Origin: Octopus sinensis | Taxonomy: Eukaryota | Assembly (NCBI RefSeq): GCF_006345805.1 | Contig: NC_043011.1 | Span: 8,308,001 to 8,372,000 of the forward strand | Direction: 5' to 3' | DNA: 64,000 nt | Shown here: positions 1 through 13,645 of the stretch, piece after piece | Layout: every line of letters begins with the position of its first letter | Numbering within the stretch: position 1 is the stretch's first letter | Position numbers and translations under genes: made by a program | The notes under the pieces: model-generated | The model's database searches: none | What the model saw: only the letters and a program-made list of their open reading frames with translations | What the model was told of the DNA's origin: nothing

Positions 1-439
1 TGATAGAAGAAAGAACATAGATATGTAAGCAAAATGATTCGCTACCATAACAGCATTTGGGAGTAATGTATATGTGCGAGTGAGAAAGTAAGGAAGAAGG
101 GGAAGAGGAAGAAATGGAAAATGGCCAGCCACATTTCTGCTGCATTTCTTACAGAAATCCTTATAACAATTCCATATTTCACATATGGAAGACATCGTAC
201 GTTCTTGGAGAAATTTCTGAATGAAAAAGCCTGTCTGGAATTTTTCATATCACGAAAGCTTCCAGAATGAAAGACGCCCTGGGTAGACTAAGAAATTACA
301 CCTGATATCCCGTTATAATTAATTTCGATCTTTTTATAATGGGATTATGTTGTTATTGTTGTTTTATGGGCTCTGAATAAAGCTTTTGTTGAGCCAAAAT
401 ATCAGCTGTTGCCAATTTATGAAAAATTGTATATTGTAC

Positions 440-451
440 TGTAATGACATC

Positions 452-490
<39 letters not shown>

Positions 491-752
491 CGTGCGATTT
501 TGTGTGTATGTACACATACGTACATCCACGCGTATAGCTCTCTCTGTTTCTTTATACACATATATACATATATATGTATATATATATGTGTATATATATG
601 TATATATATGTATATATACGTTTGTATATATATGTATATGTATATATGTGTATATATATATGTATATATATGTATATATATGTTTGTATATATATGTATA
701 TGTATATATATGACTGCATATATGTGGGTATATATGTATATGTATATATATA

Positions 753-800
<48 letters not shown>
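440..800. repeat. Compound (TG)n/(TA)n/(TATATG)n microsatellite
   Basis: Directly visible; the overlapping YI/CV-repeat ORFs are artefacts. Confidence 0.95.
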
Positions 801-803
<3 letters not shown>

Positions 804-1496
804 ACTCATGCACATTTATAAGTGTATTTATAGGTTTATATGTCTAAGTTCATGTTTATGCATCCTAGTTCAAACTTGTATTTCGACCATGACCCCTCTT
901 ATATCAAATTGTGACATTCACCCAATCGATGAACAGAAATCGACAAAGTAACTGGCATAAAGCTGCCTGCCCTGTGGCGGAACGGCATTAACTAAAAAAA
1001 AAAAACCCTACAGGCGGTATCCCAGTATGGCCGCAGTTGAGCGCCCTTAACCCTGTTAATTAACATAATTACAATAATTACACAGTTTCAAAAGTGAAGT
1101 TGTTTTCTGATTTTGCAGTTTACTTCTTGTTGTATTCGTAATATTTTATTTCGGTGGAAGGAAACGAGATTGGGGCGTGGTTTCATCGAAATATATTAAT
1201 TCATTATAAAATTATAATTTTATTCGTCCGGTTATGTGACTATAAGCTAATTCGAAAAGACTAAATGAAAGAGAAGAGTTTGAATGTATATGAGGAAAAG
1301 AGAGTAAACCATTAAAAAGTACATTAAAAAACAAAATCGCAAGCACACACACGCATACATACACGCACACGTACACACAAGGGTCTGTAACGCATGCGCA
1401 CAAGGGACTCCTGGCCTGATGGGAACCCAAGTAAATGTTTTTTAATGGAAATTCAGTCGTTGTTCTTTTATCCCCTGAATATTTTTTGCGGTTGTC

Positions 1497-1655
1497 TTTT
1501 GTTTCAATTATTAGACTGCGGCCAGAATTTTAGTCGAACGACTCGACTCCCACAAATTAGCTCTGAGGCCTGGTCCCTTATTCTATCGGTCTCGTTTTTC
1601 GAAACGTTAGGTTACGGGGACGTAAACACGCCAACGCTGGTTATCAAACGGAGGT
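1497..1655 (-). mobile_element. SINE family A, degenerate tail fragment
   Basis: Resembles the family tail ttattctatcggtctc...acggggacgtaaacac. Confidence 0.6.
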
Positions 1656-1899
1656 TATCGAACGCGCACGCGGCGGGCCTCTTTTTTTGCGTCCTGAGTT
1701 AAAATTCCGACGAAATTGACTTTGCCTTTTCTGCATCAGAGATCGATAATAAAAGTACAGATAAAGTATTGAGATCGATGTAATCGATTTTACCAACTCC
1801 CATCAAGAAGTGTTGGCTCAGTGCCAAGATTTGAAACTGTTATTGAGTTGGTGTTTGTTCGTGAAGTTGTAGAACATCTCGCATGCCGGATTAAATGCT

Positions 1900-2140
1900 T
1901 AGCGACATGCAATTTGTGTTGCAAGATTCCTGATGTGATATAGTGTGTTGAAACAGATATTATTTCGGGACGGTCATTTTTTTTTACCAAATAACACACG
2001 CACTATATATTTTTTCTTCACTCGTTTATCATTGTTCATATTTTACTATTTCAACTCATGTACATTCTCCGGAAATACTTCGTCACACACCTGTGACCTC
2101 TTCTGCTCCACTTACTCCACTCTGTTCTTTTAAGGTGTGT
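1900..2140 (-). mobile_element. PLE-terminus-like repeat, GUCAC HHR family, degenerate
   Basis: Shares aaacagatatt..atttcgggacggtcattt and cgtcacac..gtgacc with 35700, 37434, 37839 and 59930. Confidence 0.65.
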
Positions 2141-2291
2141 ATCCTTATGTGTGCATGCGTTTGTGTCCTTGTTTGTGTGTATATGTGTGTGTGAGTATGT
2201 TTGTGTGTGTATCATAGATTTTAGCAGCAGTGTCGCCTTCCCTCAGCGCGAGCGCACGCGCACACACACATACACACACACACACATTCTT

Positions 2292-2510
2292 GTACTTTAC
2301 GTTTTCCAGTCATTTTGACTGCGGCCATGCTGCAGCATAGCCTTTAGTCGAATAAATCGAACCAAGGAATTATTCTTCGCAAACCTTAAACGTATTCTAT
2401 CGGTCCCTTTTGCCGAACGGCTAAGCCAGTGGACGTGAATACACCTACGTCGGTTGTCAAGCGATGGGAGGAGGGACAAATACAGACACACAAATACATA
2501 TACCTGTGTG

Positions 2511-2554
<44 letters not shown>

Positions 2555-2690
2555 ATACGACAAGCTTCTTTCAGTTTCCATCTACAAAATCCACTCACAA
2601 TGCTTTGGTCGGCCAGAGGCTAAAGTAGAAGGTCTCTCGCAGTGAGACTGAACCCGGAACCATGTGGTTGGGAAGCAAGCTTCTTACACA
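2292..2690 (-). mobile_element. SINE family A (tRNA head, CORE-like segment, internal microsatellite, tail)
   Basis: Matches the 10991 and 53139 copies in reverse. Confidence 0.8.
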
Positions 2691-2785
2691 GTTTCTGTCT
2701 GCATAAGGCAGTGTTCGGCCAGGGTCTATATTAGAGAATGCCTGCCCAAGGCGGCCCCGTGCGGGAGAACTGTACCTGTAACCAC

Positions 2786-3133
2786 TTGTTACCTCCGCCT
2801 TAGAGAAGGCGGAGGTATTAGGTTCAGTCGTATTTGTTTGTTTGATCGAGGACAAGACAACTCAAGAACTGCTGGATGGATTCGGGTGAACCTTTCAGGG
2901 ATATTTGGCCTCGGGACTGGCACGAAATTATTAGGTTGTGGGATCGATCCGGAACCGGATTATTTTTTATTCAATTTTTGAGAGCGGTTGGGTTCATTTT
3001 TTAGTATTCGTCGTTTATGAGAGGAGTCAAGTTTATTTCAGATATTCACATTTTAAAAATCCTCTCCGCTAATCGTTGAGACGACATCGGTGTTGCCTTG
3101 GCGGAGGTTTGCGCTCTCTGAGGGATCTTGTTT
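2786..3133 (+). mobile_element. Non-autonomous Helentron/Helitron2 (HINE/DINE-1-like) element
   Basis: acctccgcc (2791-2799) inverted locally (2808-2816) and again near the 3' end (3100-3108), followed by a short ctc..gag hairpin and cttgttt. Confidence 0.65.
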
Positions 3134-3589
3134 ACAATGCGGAGCTTCTTAAAACATGCAACCATTAGTTGTTCCTTTAGATATTTCTATATATCTTCTG
3201 TTAAAAGAGAGAGACAAAAAATGAAGCTTTTCCAAATCTCAGAAAACTAAAAATTAAAATGGCGAATCGCTCGCTGACAAAAAAGGAAAAAAAAGCCCAG
3301 AAAGATACAATGTCTAGAAGTACTGAAATAACAGAGCCTGAGGATATAGCACGGGGTGGTGGGCCCCGTTCGGAGGGGAGCAAAACAACAATAACAACCT
3401 TTTAAGAGAAGTCCTATTTCAAAAGAGTTGCTTTTTAATTGTTGACTGGGACGCTTTAAAATGTTACTGTAGATAGTAGGAAGTGTATACAGCAGTCTCA
3501 GTAAATACAGTATGTAGAATGTGTATATAATCGGAACGGAGATACGCGATAAAAGGAAATTCTGTTGACACGCACGTACATACACTTTC

Positions 3590-3890
3590 ATATATATGCA
3601 TACACTTGCGCGCGCACACATGATATTAGTTGTACATGAATATATGTCTACATGCATGCATATCTGTATTTGGGATGGTATGTGTGTTTGGCTTTATATG
3701 CACACACACACGCATACGCATACACTTACACACACGTGCACACAAACACTCATAGGCATAAATACATACGTGCATGCATTATCTATCTACCTATCTATTC
3801 CCCCCCCCATTCAGTTTCTGTACATATATATATATATATATATTATATGTATATATATATGTGTATGTATGTATGAATGTATATATATGC

Positions 3891-3930
<40 letters not shown>

Positions 3931-4040
3931 TATATATATGATGTATATATATATACATATATATACACATATAATATGTATAAATACATATGATGTATAC
4001 ACATAAAATATTTATATATATATATACATATACATGTATG

Positions 4041-4077
<37 letters not shown>

Positions 4078-4420
4078 ATGTATATATATATATATACATA
4101 CATATATATATACATATTATATGTGTATGCATACACACACACACACATATATATCGATACATACACTCAAGCACATGGACATATCTACAGCACGTTTGTA
4201 CAATTATGCATGTATAGATTTATAGAGATATACATACGTTGAGTATGTGCGTAAATACACCTATATGTAAATATATGCGTGTACGTGTTTTTTTTTTGTG
4301 TGCGTGCGTGTGTGTGTGTGTTGTATATATGTTTGAGTATTTTTAAAAAAATAAACATGATTGTACACACCAACCAACTAACCCACCAACCATCACACCA
4401 ACCAACCAACCAACCAACCA
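3590..4420. repeat. Compound CA/TA/TG and (CCAA)n microsatellites
   Basis: Directly visible. Confidence 0.9.
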
Positions 4421-4639
4421 ACCAACCACCTCAGTTATTTTGCTCCCGCTCTCCGGTGTCAGAAATGCTTAACATATTTCGCAAATTGACGTCTATTCGA
4501 CCTGAGAATCTAATTTAACATCTTGACACTTGGCCACTACCAGTAAGTAACTACACTGTAATCTACTAAGTTACTTACAAGTATACAAAATCAAATATCT
4601 ATTGAATTGAACCATATCGCTCTGATAAATAAATACACA

Positions 4640-4682
<43 letters not shown>

Positions 4683-4966
4683 CTCATACAAACATACGCA
4701 GTTACTTATTCAGCCAGATCCGTGTGTGTGCGCGCGTGTGTGTAAGTGTGTATGTATATATATATATATATATGCATATATGTGTGCGCGTATATATGTA
4801 TATATATGTATGTGTATAGATGTGTATGTGTGTGTGCATGTATATGTATATAAATATGTATATATACATGATCTATATTATATTCTATATTATATATATA
4901 TATATATTAGATATATATATATATTATAGATATATATATATGAGTATCTATACACATATATATATG

Positions 4967-4999
<33 letters not shown>

Positions 5000-5176
5000 C
5001 TGTGTGTGTGTATCTGTTATATATATATATATATATAATATATGAAATAAGTAGGTTACGGAGAGAGAGAGAGATAGAGAGAGCTAGAGGGGGGAGAGGG
5101 AGAAGGAGAGAGAGAGAGAGATTGGGAAGAAAAAGATTGTAGATTCTTTGTGTAGTGTTTTGTGACATGTATTTAC

Positions 5177-5242
5177 CAATCCCAGTCAGCAATTTGCTAA
5201 TGTGACTTGAACAATTAAAATATGTCTGACATAGCTGAATAC
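5177..5242 (-). other. Candidate 66-nt coding exon (GIQLCQTYFNCSSHISKLLTGI)
   Basis: Pyrimidine tract and AG acceptor (alternative AG 8 nt upstream), gtaaat donor, one open frame, non-repetitive; no family recognised. Confidence 0.25.
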
Positions 5243-6039
5243 CTGAATACCTGAGAAATAAAGCTAAAAAAAAATGAGTGACATGTTCAATTCTGCTTGG
5301 TAGTCAACAGTAAATGTTATCCTGTCCTACACACACACACACATACACACACACATATGTATATATATATGTATGTCTATGTATATATATATTTGTGTGT
5401 GTGTGTATTCGTACGTATATATTTGTGTGCGTGTGTGTTACTACATGAAAAATTGTAAATGAAAGAAATCGCCAGAAATGAAATATACGAATATAAATTA
5501 AATGATAAGTGACAGTCTGCCGCATGTTCCGATCCGATAAACTTACTGCAATGTATATTTTCATTAATGCCGTTGACGTCATATAAATTTTGTAAACTTT
5601 AAAGAGAACATGAAATATATATTTTGTGGGATAGCATATTACGAAGCACACGCAAATTTATAAACATTAAGCATGTAAATAATGGGTTGAAAAGCTCCTT
5701 TTCAATAGAAGTGAAGGCTCTCCGATTGGCTCGGACACGCGTCTCATGGACAGTCACCGACCCTTTCTTTAGTAGATATTTTTTCCAATCGCGTATTTAT
5801 GTTTGCTTCGATAAAAACACACACACACACACGCGCGTGCACACAAGCGTATACAAGTGAGCAAACAGGTGCCAAATAAGGTGGAGAAAATATTCGAAAC
5901 CAAAACTAGAGGAAAAGTTTTATTAAAACTATAAAAGATTGAAACAAAAAAGGATTCACAAACTGTCGTCATGTGCAATATATGTGTATCATCAGACAAC
6001 TGCCACATGCTGGACCGCTAAATTCTGCAAGTTTTTTCA

Positions 6040-6190
6040 TTCTCTCTCTTTATTTTTTCTTATTCCTTCCTGTTGAAAAACGTAGGCTTGAAACGTAAAA
6101 GACTTTTCCATCTTCCGAGTGTCAAACTAATACACTTGTTTGTTGTTCATACACATGTCTTCGTCTTTTGTTTTTCTATAAATTTCAACT
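6040..6190 (+). mobile_element. Penelope-like element 3' terminus with HHR-like motif
   Basis: ctgttgaaaaacgtaggcttgaaacgtaaaagac; homologous to the Neptune 3' end at 25665-25860. Confidence 0.7.
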
Positions 6191-6408
6191 ATTTTAAACA
6201 AATATTCCTTTATAAATATTTCTAAACGGTTGTGAAAATTATTTAGAAACTCATAAAACAGACATTTCGAAAACCGCTCAATCAAGCTTAAATAATTATT
6301 TTATGAATTGCCATTCTCATTGCATTATTTGTTTCTAAATATCTCTAAACCATATTGTTAAAAATATTCATGACTGCCTGATGATCGATAACATGAAACG
6401 TTGAGTAG

Positions 6409-6508
6409 NNNNNNNNNNNNNNNNNNNNNNNNNNNNNNNNNNNNNNNNNNNNNNNNNNNNNNNNNNNNNNNNNNNNNNNNNNNNNNNNNNNNNNNNNNNN
6501 NNNNNNNN
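6409..6508. other. Assembly gap
   Basis: 100 consecutive N. Confidence 1.
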
Positions 6509-6870
6509 ATTTATCAGCTCGCATGTTCGTCTGTCCCTTTTAAAATGTTAGTGTTTGCTGTCTGCCTTGACGCAGACCTTTCCGTTGTCACTGCTTGATA
6601 TTTACGATTGATCTTTCAACCTATTTTCATTCTCACTTACTCAAGATCTTTTGTTGTTTTATAAATGGGAGAGATAGAGAGAGATAGAGACAGATAGCGA
6701 GTAAGAAAGCGAGGAGATTCCAAGAGAAAGGAGGCAAGGAGTGGAAGTGAGAGAGAAAGGAGAGAGAAACAATAGGGAGAACGTGGTGATAAAAAACAGA
6801 AAGGAAGCAACAGAGTAAACAACCACACTCTTACCCTTACCCGCGCGTAGAGCGGGTCACCTTAGGCTAG
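6509..6870 (+). mobile_element. Non-autonomous Helitron, 3' part
   Basis: Hairpin cccgc-gcgtaga-gcggg, 10 nt, then CTAG (6867-6870) followed by T of (TA)n; 5' end probably lost in the gap. Confidence 0.6.
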
Positions 6871-6889
6871 TATATATATATTTGCCATG

Positions 6890-7067
6890 ATAGATCGATA
6901 GCCACTACACATTCTTTATTTTTTCTCCGTGTTTCTTTCTGTGTACCTTTCTTTGGAAGAGCGTAGGCGCGAAACGTTAAGACTTTTTCACTTCCCGAGC
7001 GTTATACTAATACATCTGTTTGCTCTCTACACCACCTGTCTTCATCGTTTGTTTTTTTGTGAATTCT

Positions 7068-7070
<3 letters not shown>
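6890..7070 (+). mobile_element. Penelope-like element 3' terminus with HHR-like motif
   Basis: ctttggaagagcgtaggcgcgaaacgttaagac...gaattctccc then (TA)n; homologous to 25665-25860 and 47540-47755. Confidence 0.75.
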
Positions 7071-7110
<40 letters not shown>

Positions 7111-7219
7111 ATATATACCGGAGTAACACATAAATGTGAAAACAAGGTGGAAAAAGAGTACTCAAATACCAGTGGTAGAGTATATGCTTTATTTTAAGCA
7201 GCAGAAAATTCAACAAAAT

Positions 7220-7260
7220 CTGTTACTCTGCTGATTTTCTCGTTGCCGTTCATCAGACAG
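7220..7260 (-). ncRNA. HHR motif, altered stem III copy
   Basis: Inverted copy of 7532-7569 with an insertion in stem III. Confidence 0.5.
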
Positions 7261-7531
7261 TTCTTGCTAGAATGGAACATATATTAATCATCTAACTCTT
7301 ACAACGCTAAAACAAACAACTACACCTTTAAAAAAGAAATGACTTGTTTGATTGCCCTTTAGAAAAAAACGGTCAATCTTCGAGCGATAAACACAAAAAA
7401 AAAAAAAAAAATCTTCGCTCGAAGATGACCGTTTTTTCTAAAGGGCCAATCAAACAAGTCCATTTCTTTTAAAGGTGTAGCGTTTGTAAGAGTATAGATT
7501 GAATTAATATATATGTTCCATTCTAGCAGAA

Positions 7532-7569
7532 CTGTCTGATGAACGGCAACGAGAAACTCAGAGTAACAG
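7532..7569 (+). ncRNA. Minimal type I HHR motif
   Basis: CUGU-CUGAUGA-A-CG(GCAA)CG-A-GAAA-CUC(A)GAG-UA-ACAG; GUA triplet. Confidence 0.65.
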
Positions 7570-7600
7570 ATTTTGTTGAATTTTCTGCTGCTTAAATAAA

Positions 7601-7635
<35 letters not shown>

Positions 7636-7892
7636 TATATATATAATATATATACATAATATTACATACATATACATACATCTATATTATATATATACAT
7701 ACACCATACAAGTATGTAAACAGTATATATATGTGTGTGTGTGTACAATATATACATATGCATATATGCATATACATACGTACATACTTAAGTAAATGTA
7801 AGTGTGCGTTTGTATTTCATAGCATATGTTTGTATGCATTCCTTTTCACCATAAACGGTTTTGATACACAATAAAAGCATGCATATATATAT

Positions 7893-7929
<37 letters not shown>

Positions 7930-8244
7930 TTATTGTATATATATATATATATTACTTATATTCAGGCATTAACACACACCACACATATATACCCACACAA
8001 TTGAATCACATACATATGATTCTTTTCATTACTGAATTGGAATTTGCATTTCCCGCATCGGATTATGCATATTGATACAGGTAAACATACACGTGCAGTA
8101 GAATCTCTATTGTGCACATCCTTGCACATGTGCATTTACATGTCCAGATTATGCACCGATGAACGGTTAATGTACGTGTGCAGCATGCACGTAATTGTTC
8201 TTTTATTTGCACAAATTTGCATTGAAAATTCGGCTTTTTAATGC

Positions 8245-8632
8245 GATTTCAAAGACTTGTTTCGATAGAATCAAAGGATCAAAACAATATATGTCTCTGT
8301 GCGTAAGTGCGTATAAGTATTATATATATATATATATATCTTTTTTTTTTCTTTACTAGTTTCAGCTGCGGCCATGCTGGGACACTGATGTTAGCGTTTT
8401 CAAAGACTTGTTTCGATAGGACCAAAGAATAAAATCAATGCGGAGAGACATGAGAAATTTGAATATATGTACGTGTGCGTGTGTATGTGACTGTGTCTGT
8501 GTGTATATGTATGATTTTACATATATGGGTAAGTGTGTTTAAGTAATTATATATATATATATATATATCTTTTTTTTTCTTTACTAGTTTTAGCACTAGA
8601 GCTGCAGCTATGCTGGGGTACTGATGTTAGCT
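8245..8632. repeat. Imperfect tandem duplication containing SINE-tail remnants
   Basis: tttcaaagacttgtttcgatag and tatcttttttt...actagttt...atgctggg..actgatgttagc each occur twice. Confidence 0.7.
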
Positions 8633-8644
8633 TTTCTACGCTTC

Positions 8645-9175
8645 CGCTAAGTCACCTCAGATGTGTGTGACATTTAGTTGATGTTTCTGCCCTCGTCTGC
8701 GATTCTTGCCGCGAGGTAGGTTCATCTGGGACTCTTGAAAGGGAGAGATCCAGTCTTGTACTGAAGATAACTATATCCACTTTATGTAGATCTCTCAGGT
8801 TTTCTGGGAGGTTATTGAAGAACCGAAAGCTATTGAAGCCCAAGCTGTTGCAATATCTGATCCTGTATCCAGACGGCAACGGTGCGGTACTTTGTACTAT
8901 GGAGTGGCGCACCGTCCTGCTCTTTGCACAACTTACAATGCCAACGTTTTGTACAAGTTCTAAGACCTTCTAGGTGTGTATCACAGCGTATCTTTCCCGC
9001 CTTCGATCTAGGGAGTAGAATCGTAACTGATGTGTCGCATTTAAACAATCTTCTTTGTGTAGCTTCACTTTTAAACTGTGTGGTGGCCATGAGATGAGAA
9101 GAGTTATCCAAACGGCTGAGGACAAATGACATCTCTCGTACTGAAAGTTCTGCCCAACCGCATTTTTGCTAGTAC
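8645..9175 (-). mobile_element. CR1-group LINE 3' fragment (degenerate ORF2 C-terminus)
   Basis: LRFYSLDRRRERYAVIHT*KVLE...YCNSLGF..FFNNLPENLRDL..LDLSLSRVPDEP. Confidence 0.75.
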
Positions 9176-9362
9176 ATAAGCGGTGAAGCTATACATTAGC
9201 GTCGTATTTATTACGTTCGCTATTTTCCAGTAAATATCTTATCGTACTTCGTTGTGCCATATATTTACTTTCTGTTATATATATATATATATTATATATA
9301 TATATATATTATATATTATATATATATAAAACCCAACTGCTATAAATATATAATACTATATT

Positions 9363-9393
<31 letters not shown>

Positions 9394-9484
9394 TATATAT
9401 AATACACACACACACACATATATATATATAGTATATATGAGGCTTCCTCCCCCTCGTTATCGAGTATGGCCATTGCACGAAGCT

Positions 9485-10030
9485 TAACTGTTACTGGTGC
9501 TGTGATAGAATGTGACTTTTTAGCCCAACTAAAGAGCTACATTGTTTTGTACAAAATTGGCAACTAAAACCTTTACCAGTAATAGCCGGCTGTAGTTGTA
9601 ACTGGGCTTCATGTACCTTTGCATGTCGTTTAAGTCCTCCCGCCGTATTACACTCTCTTCTACATGTCCGACAGATATGATTAGTATGGTGTGTTACACC
9701 ACCACCAGTGGCCAGGTGTCACTCATCTATCTCGCTTTATGACTACGAAGATGACTCTTGAGTCCAGCTTTACTGAGGCAGGGTCTTGCACAGACACTGC
9801 ATCTCAGCATCAAAGGAAGACCCTTCCCATCTGGAAATGTAACAGCGATGCCCGTCCTGACATCCCTCCTTACATTCTCATGTACAACTCGAGATTTCTC
9901 AAAAGTGGCTGTCCCCTCGTGCACAATCATTCTCCACCTGCTACGATCAATAGCTATGCCTTCCCATGTGTCAGGAGAGATGCAAGCCTCTCTTATGGAA
10001 GCCTTGAGGAAGTCCTTATACCACTTTTTT
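9485..10030 (-). mobile_element. RTE-clade LINE 3' fragment with three C2H2-type fingers
   Basis: KWYKDFLKAS..TWEGIAIDRSRWRMIVHEG..FE, then CSVCARPCLSKAGLKSHLRSH and two further fingers. Confidence 0.75.
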
Positions 10031-10057
10031 TTAATATTATATATAATATATTAGAGG

Positions 10058-10094
<37 letters not shown>

Positions 10095-10334
10095 CATACA
10101 TAGTTCGATACGCATGCTCACATACATATATGTATTTATGAACATACATATAAATATAATGCTGAGTAGCGTATTCCTGGTGGTGACGTATAACCAGTCA
10201 GAATGTTGCCGACTACTTCGTGCCGGCTGCGGCACTTGGCAACATTCACAAATCTTGAGGCGCTTTGTCTGCGGGTGCTTCCTCTCTTTTATGCAGCAAT
10301 CATCTGTCGCACGGTGTTGATAAAATACAGAGGG

Positions 10335-10409
<75 letters not shown>

Positions 10410-10414
<5 letters not shown>

Positions 10415-10686
10415 TTATGAGTTCGATTCCCGGGCCAAGCTGTGTGTTGTGTTCTTGAGCAAGACACTTTATTTCACGTTGCTCCAGTTAACTCAACTGT
10501 AGAAATGAGTTGCGACATCACTGGCGCCAAGTGGTATCGGCCCATTTGCCTTCCTCTTGGATAACATCAGTGGTGTGAAGAGGGGCGGCTGGTATGCATG
10601 GGCAACTGCTAGCTTTCCACAAACAATCTTGCTCTGACTTGTGCCTCGGAGGATAACTTTCTAGGTGCAATCCCATGGTCATTCAT
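10410..10686 (+). mobile_element. tRNA-derived CORE-like SINE (family D)
   Basis: B box gagttcgattcc, then gtgttcttgagcaagacactt. Confidence 0.7.
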
Positions 10687-10916
10687 ATATATATATAGGA
10701 GGGGAAAAGTATAACATTTTCCGGGCGTATAAGCAGAATTACGTCCCATGATGCAATGTCAGTTATGTCACAAGTGAAGACGGTTTCATATAAATTTCTT
10801 TGTTCATGATGTCCTAATTCGTATCTCAATCTAGTCTGGGATATTTTCTTTGAAACCTTTTGTTGCATACACACATTCGTATATACATATATCTTTCATG
10901 TATGTTGGTATATTTG

Positions 10917-10970
<54 letters not shown>

Positions 10971-10990
10971 TATATATCTATAAATATAAA

Positions 10991-11150
10991 GGAGTGGCTG
11001 TGTGGTAAGTAGCTTGCTTACCAACCACATGGTTCTGGGTTCAGTCCCACTGCGTGGCACCTTGGGTAAGTGTCTTCTACTATACCTCGGGCCGACCAAA
11101 GTCTTGTGAGTGGATTTGGTAGACAGAAACTGAAAGAAGCCCGCCGTATG

Positions 11151-11195
<45 letters not shown>

Positions 11196-11414
11196 GTGCG
11201 TGTGTGTTTGTGTGTCTGTGTTTGTCCCCCTAGTATTGCTTGACATCCGATTCTGGTGTGTTTATGTCCCCGTCACTTAGCGGTTCGGCAAAAGAGACCA
11301 ATAGAATAAGTACTGGGCTTACAAAGAATAAGTCCCGGGTCGAGTTGCTCGATTAAAGGTGGTGCTCCAGCATGGCCGCAGTCAAATGACTGAAACAAGT
11401 AAAAGAGTAAAAGA

Positions 11415-11416
<2 letters not shown>
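10991..11416 (+). mobile_element. SINE family A, full length
   Basis: A box tggctgtgtgg, B box ggttcagtccc, CORE-like gcaccttgggtaagtgtctt, internal (TA)n(TG)n, gtaaaagagtaaaagag tail. Confidence 0.85.
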
Positions 11417-11445
<29 letters not shown>

Positions 11446-11626
11446 CGCACGTATATATAAATACACATACATATACATGTAGGTGTGTATGCATAGACTG
11501 ATGGATGGATGGTTGGATGGATGCATGTGTATGTACGTACCTATGTACGTATTAGGGAAATATATCCCAGATATACACACACGTGTATCATATTTGCATA
11601 TGTACGTGTATCTATTTCTGTATATG

Positions 11627-11673
<47 letters not shown>

Positions 11674-11869
11674 CATACATATATCCTCACATTTTCACTC
11701 ACACATGCATACAAACAACTAGATGTACAGTCAAAGAGAAACGTAAATACATATACATACATGTGTGTGTGTGAGTGTGTGGTTGTGTGTGAGTGTATGG
11801 TTATGTGTGTTTGTATGTGTGTGTTTGTATGTGTGTTTATATATCTGTAGGTAAGCATATAGAGTTAGA

Positions 11870-12725
<856 letters not shown>

Positions 12726-13099
12726 ATGTTTTATTCATGCATACTTTAGGAAATCGATCAGAAATCTACATATATGTGTCTGTGTGATTCTTTGTATGTT
12801 CGCAGACTTCAGAGTATATATGCGCGTATGTGTATATGTGTGTGTGTGTGTGCTTATATGTACATACCCGCGCGCGTATGTGTTTGTGTTATCAAATGTC
12901 AACTATTCTGTTTGTCTTCTTTCATGTTAATATATGTTAATTTATACAAGAATGTATGCAGTCGACAATGAACGGGTACACTACATAGTTTACTCTCGGC
13001 CACACATTCTGTAAGCCTGGTGATATTACAAGAGGCAATAGACATAGCTAGTTGCTACAGGCAACAGAGCTAGCAAGCTGGACGGATTTTTTGTATTAT

Positions 13100-13141
13100 A
13101 CACACATACGTACATACATATAAACATACATACATACATAC

Positions 13142-13212
<71 letters not shown>

Positions 13213-13276
13213 ATATGTGTATATTATAATATAAATAATAGATAGATAGATAGATGGATAGATAGATAGATAGATT

Positions 13277-13308
<32 letters not shown>

Positions 13309-13597
13309 TAGATAGATTGATAAATATATGTGTGTGCTTGTATGCTTGTGGGTGCCTCTGCGTGTGTGGGTGGGTGTGCATATACATAGACATACATGCA
13401 TATATATAGACATAGATATACATACGTATACATGCATACATATACATATATATACAAACATATACATATACATACACATACATATATACATATAATATAT
13501 ATACATACATATACATATATATATATATACATACATATATATACTTATACTTACATCAATATACATAAATGTGTGTGTGTGTGTGTGCATGTGTATC

Positions 13598-13631
<34 letters not shown>

Positions 13632-13645
13632 CATATATATTTAAT
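13100..13645. repeat. Compound TACA/TA/GATA microsatellite
   Basis: Directly visible. Confidence 0.9.

Larger units (their letters stand above)
7100..7605. mobile_element. Foldback element, about 200-bp inverted arms, one HHR per arm
   Basis: Arms about 7190-7388 and 7413-7605 around an A-rich spacer; (TA)n on both sides. Confidence 0.85.

Noticed and set aside
353-847. Many ORFs of YI/CV/HT/LSIY repeats here and throughout the window
   Set aside because: Translations of microsatellites that lack stop codons
3259-3405. Short plus-strand ORF MANRSLTKKEKK...
   Set aside because: About 48 aa, no recognisable domain or splice context
4460-4545. Exon-like segment with a gtaagt donor
   Set aside because: Stops in all frames and no supporting context
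5985-6000. CUGAUGA boxes at about 5990, 15132, 43484, 44025 and 48995
   Set aside because: No properly placed stem II-GAAA-stem III follows
6375-6408. ctgatgatcgataacatgaaacgttgag and the similar remnant at about 58175-58212 (minus)
   Set aside because: HHR-like but stems I and II do not pair convincingly; treated as decayed and not called
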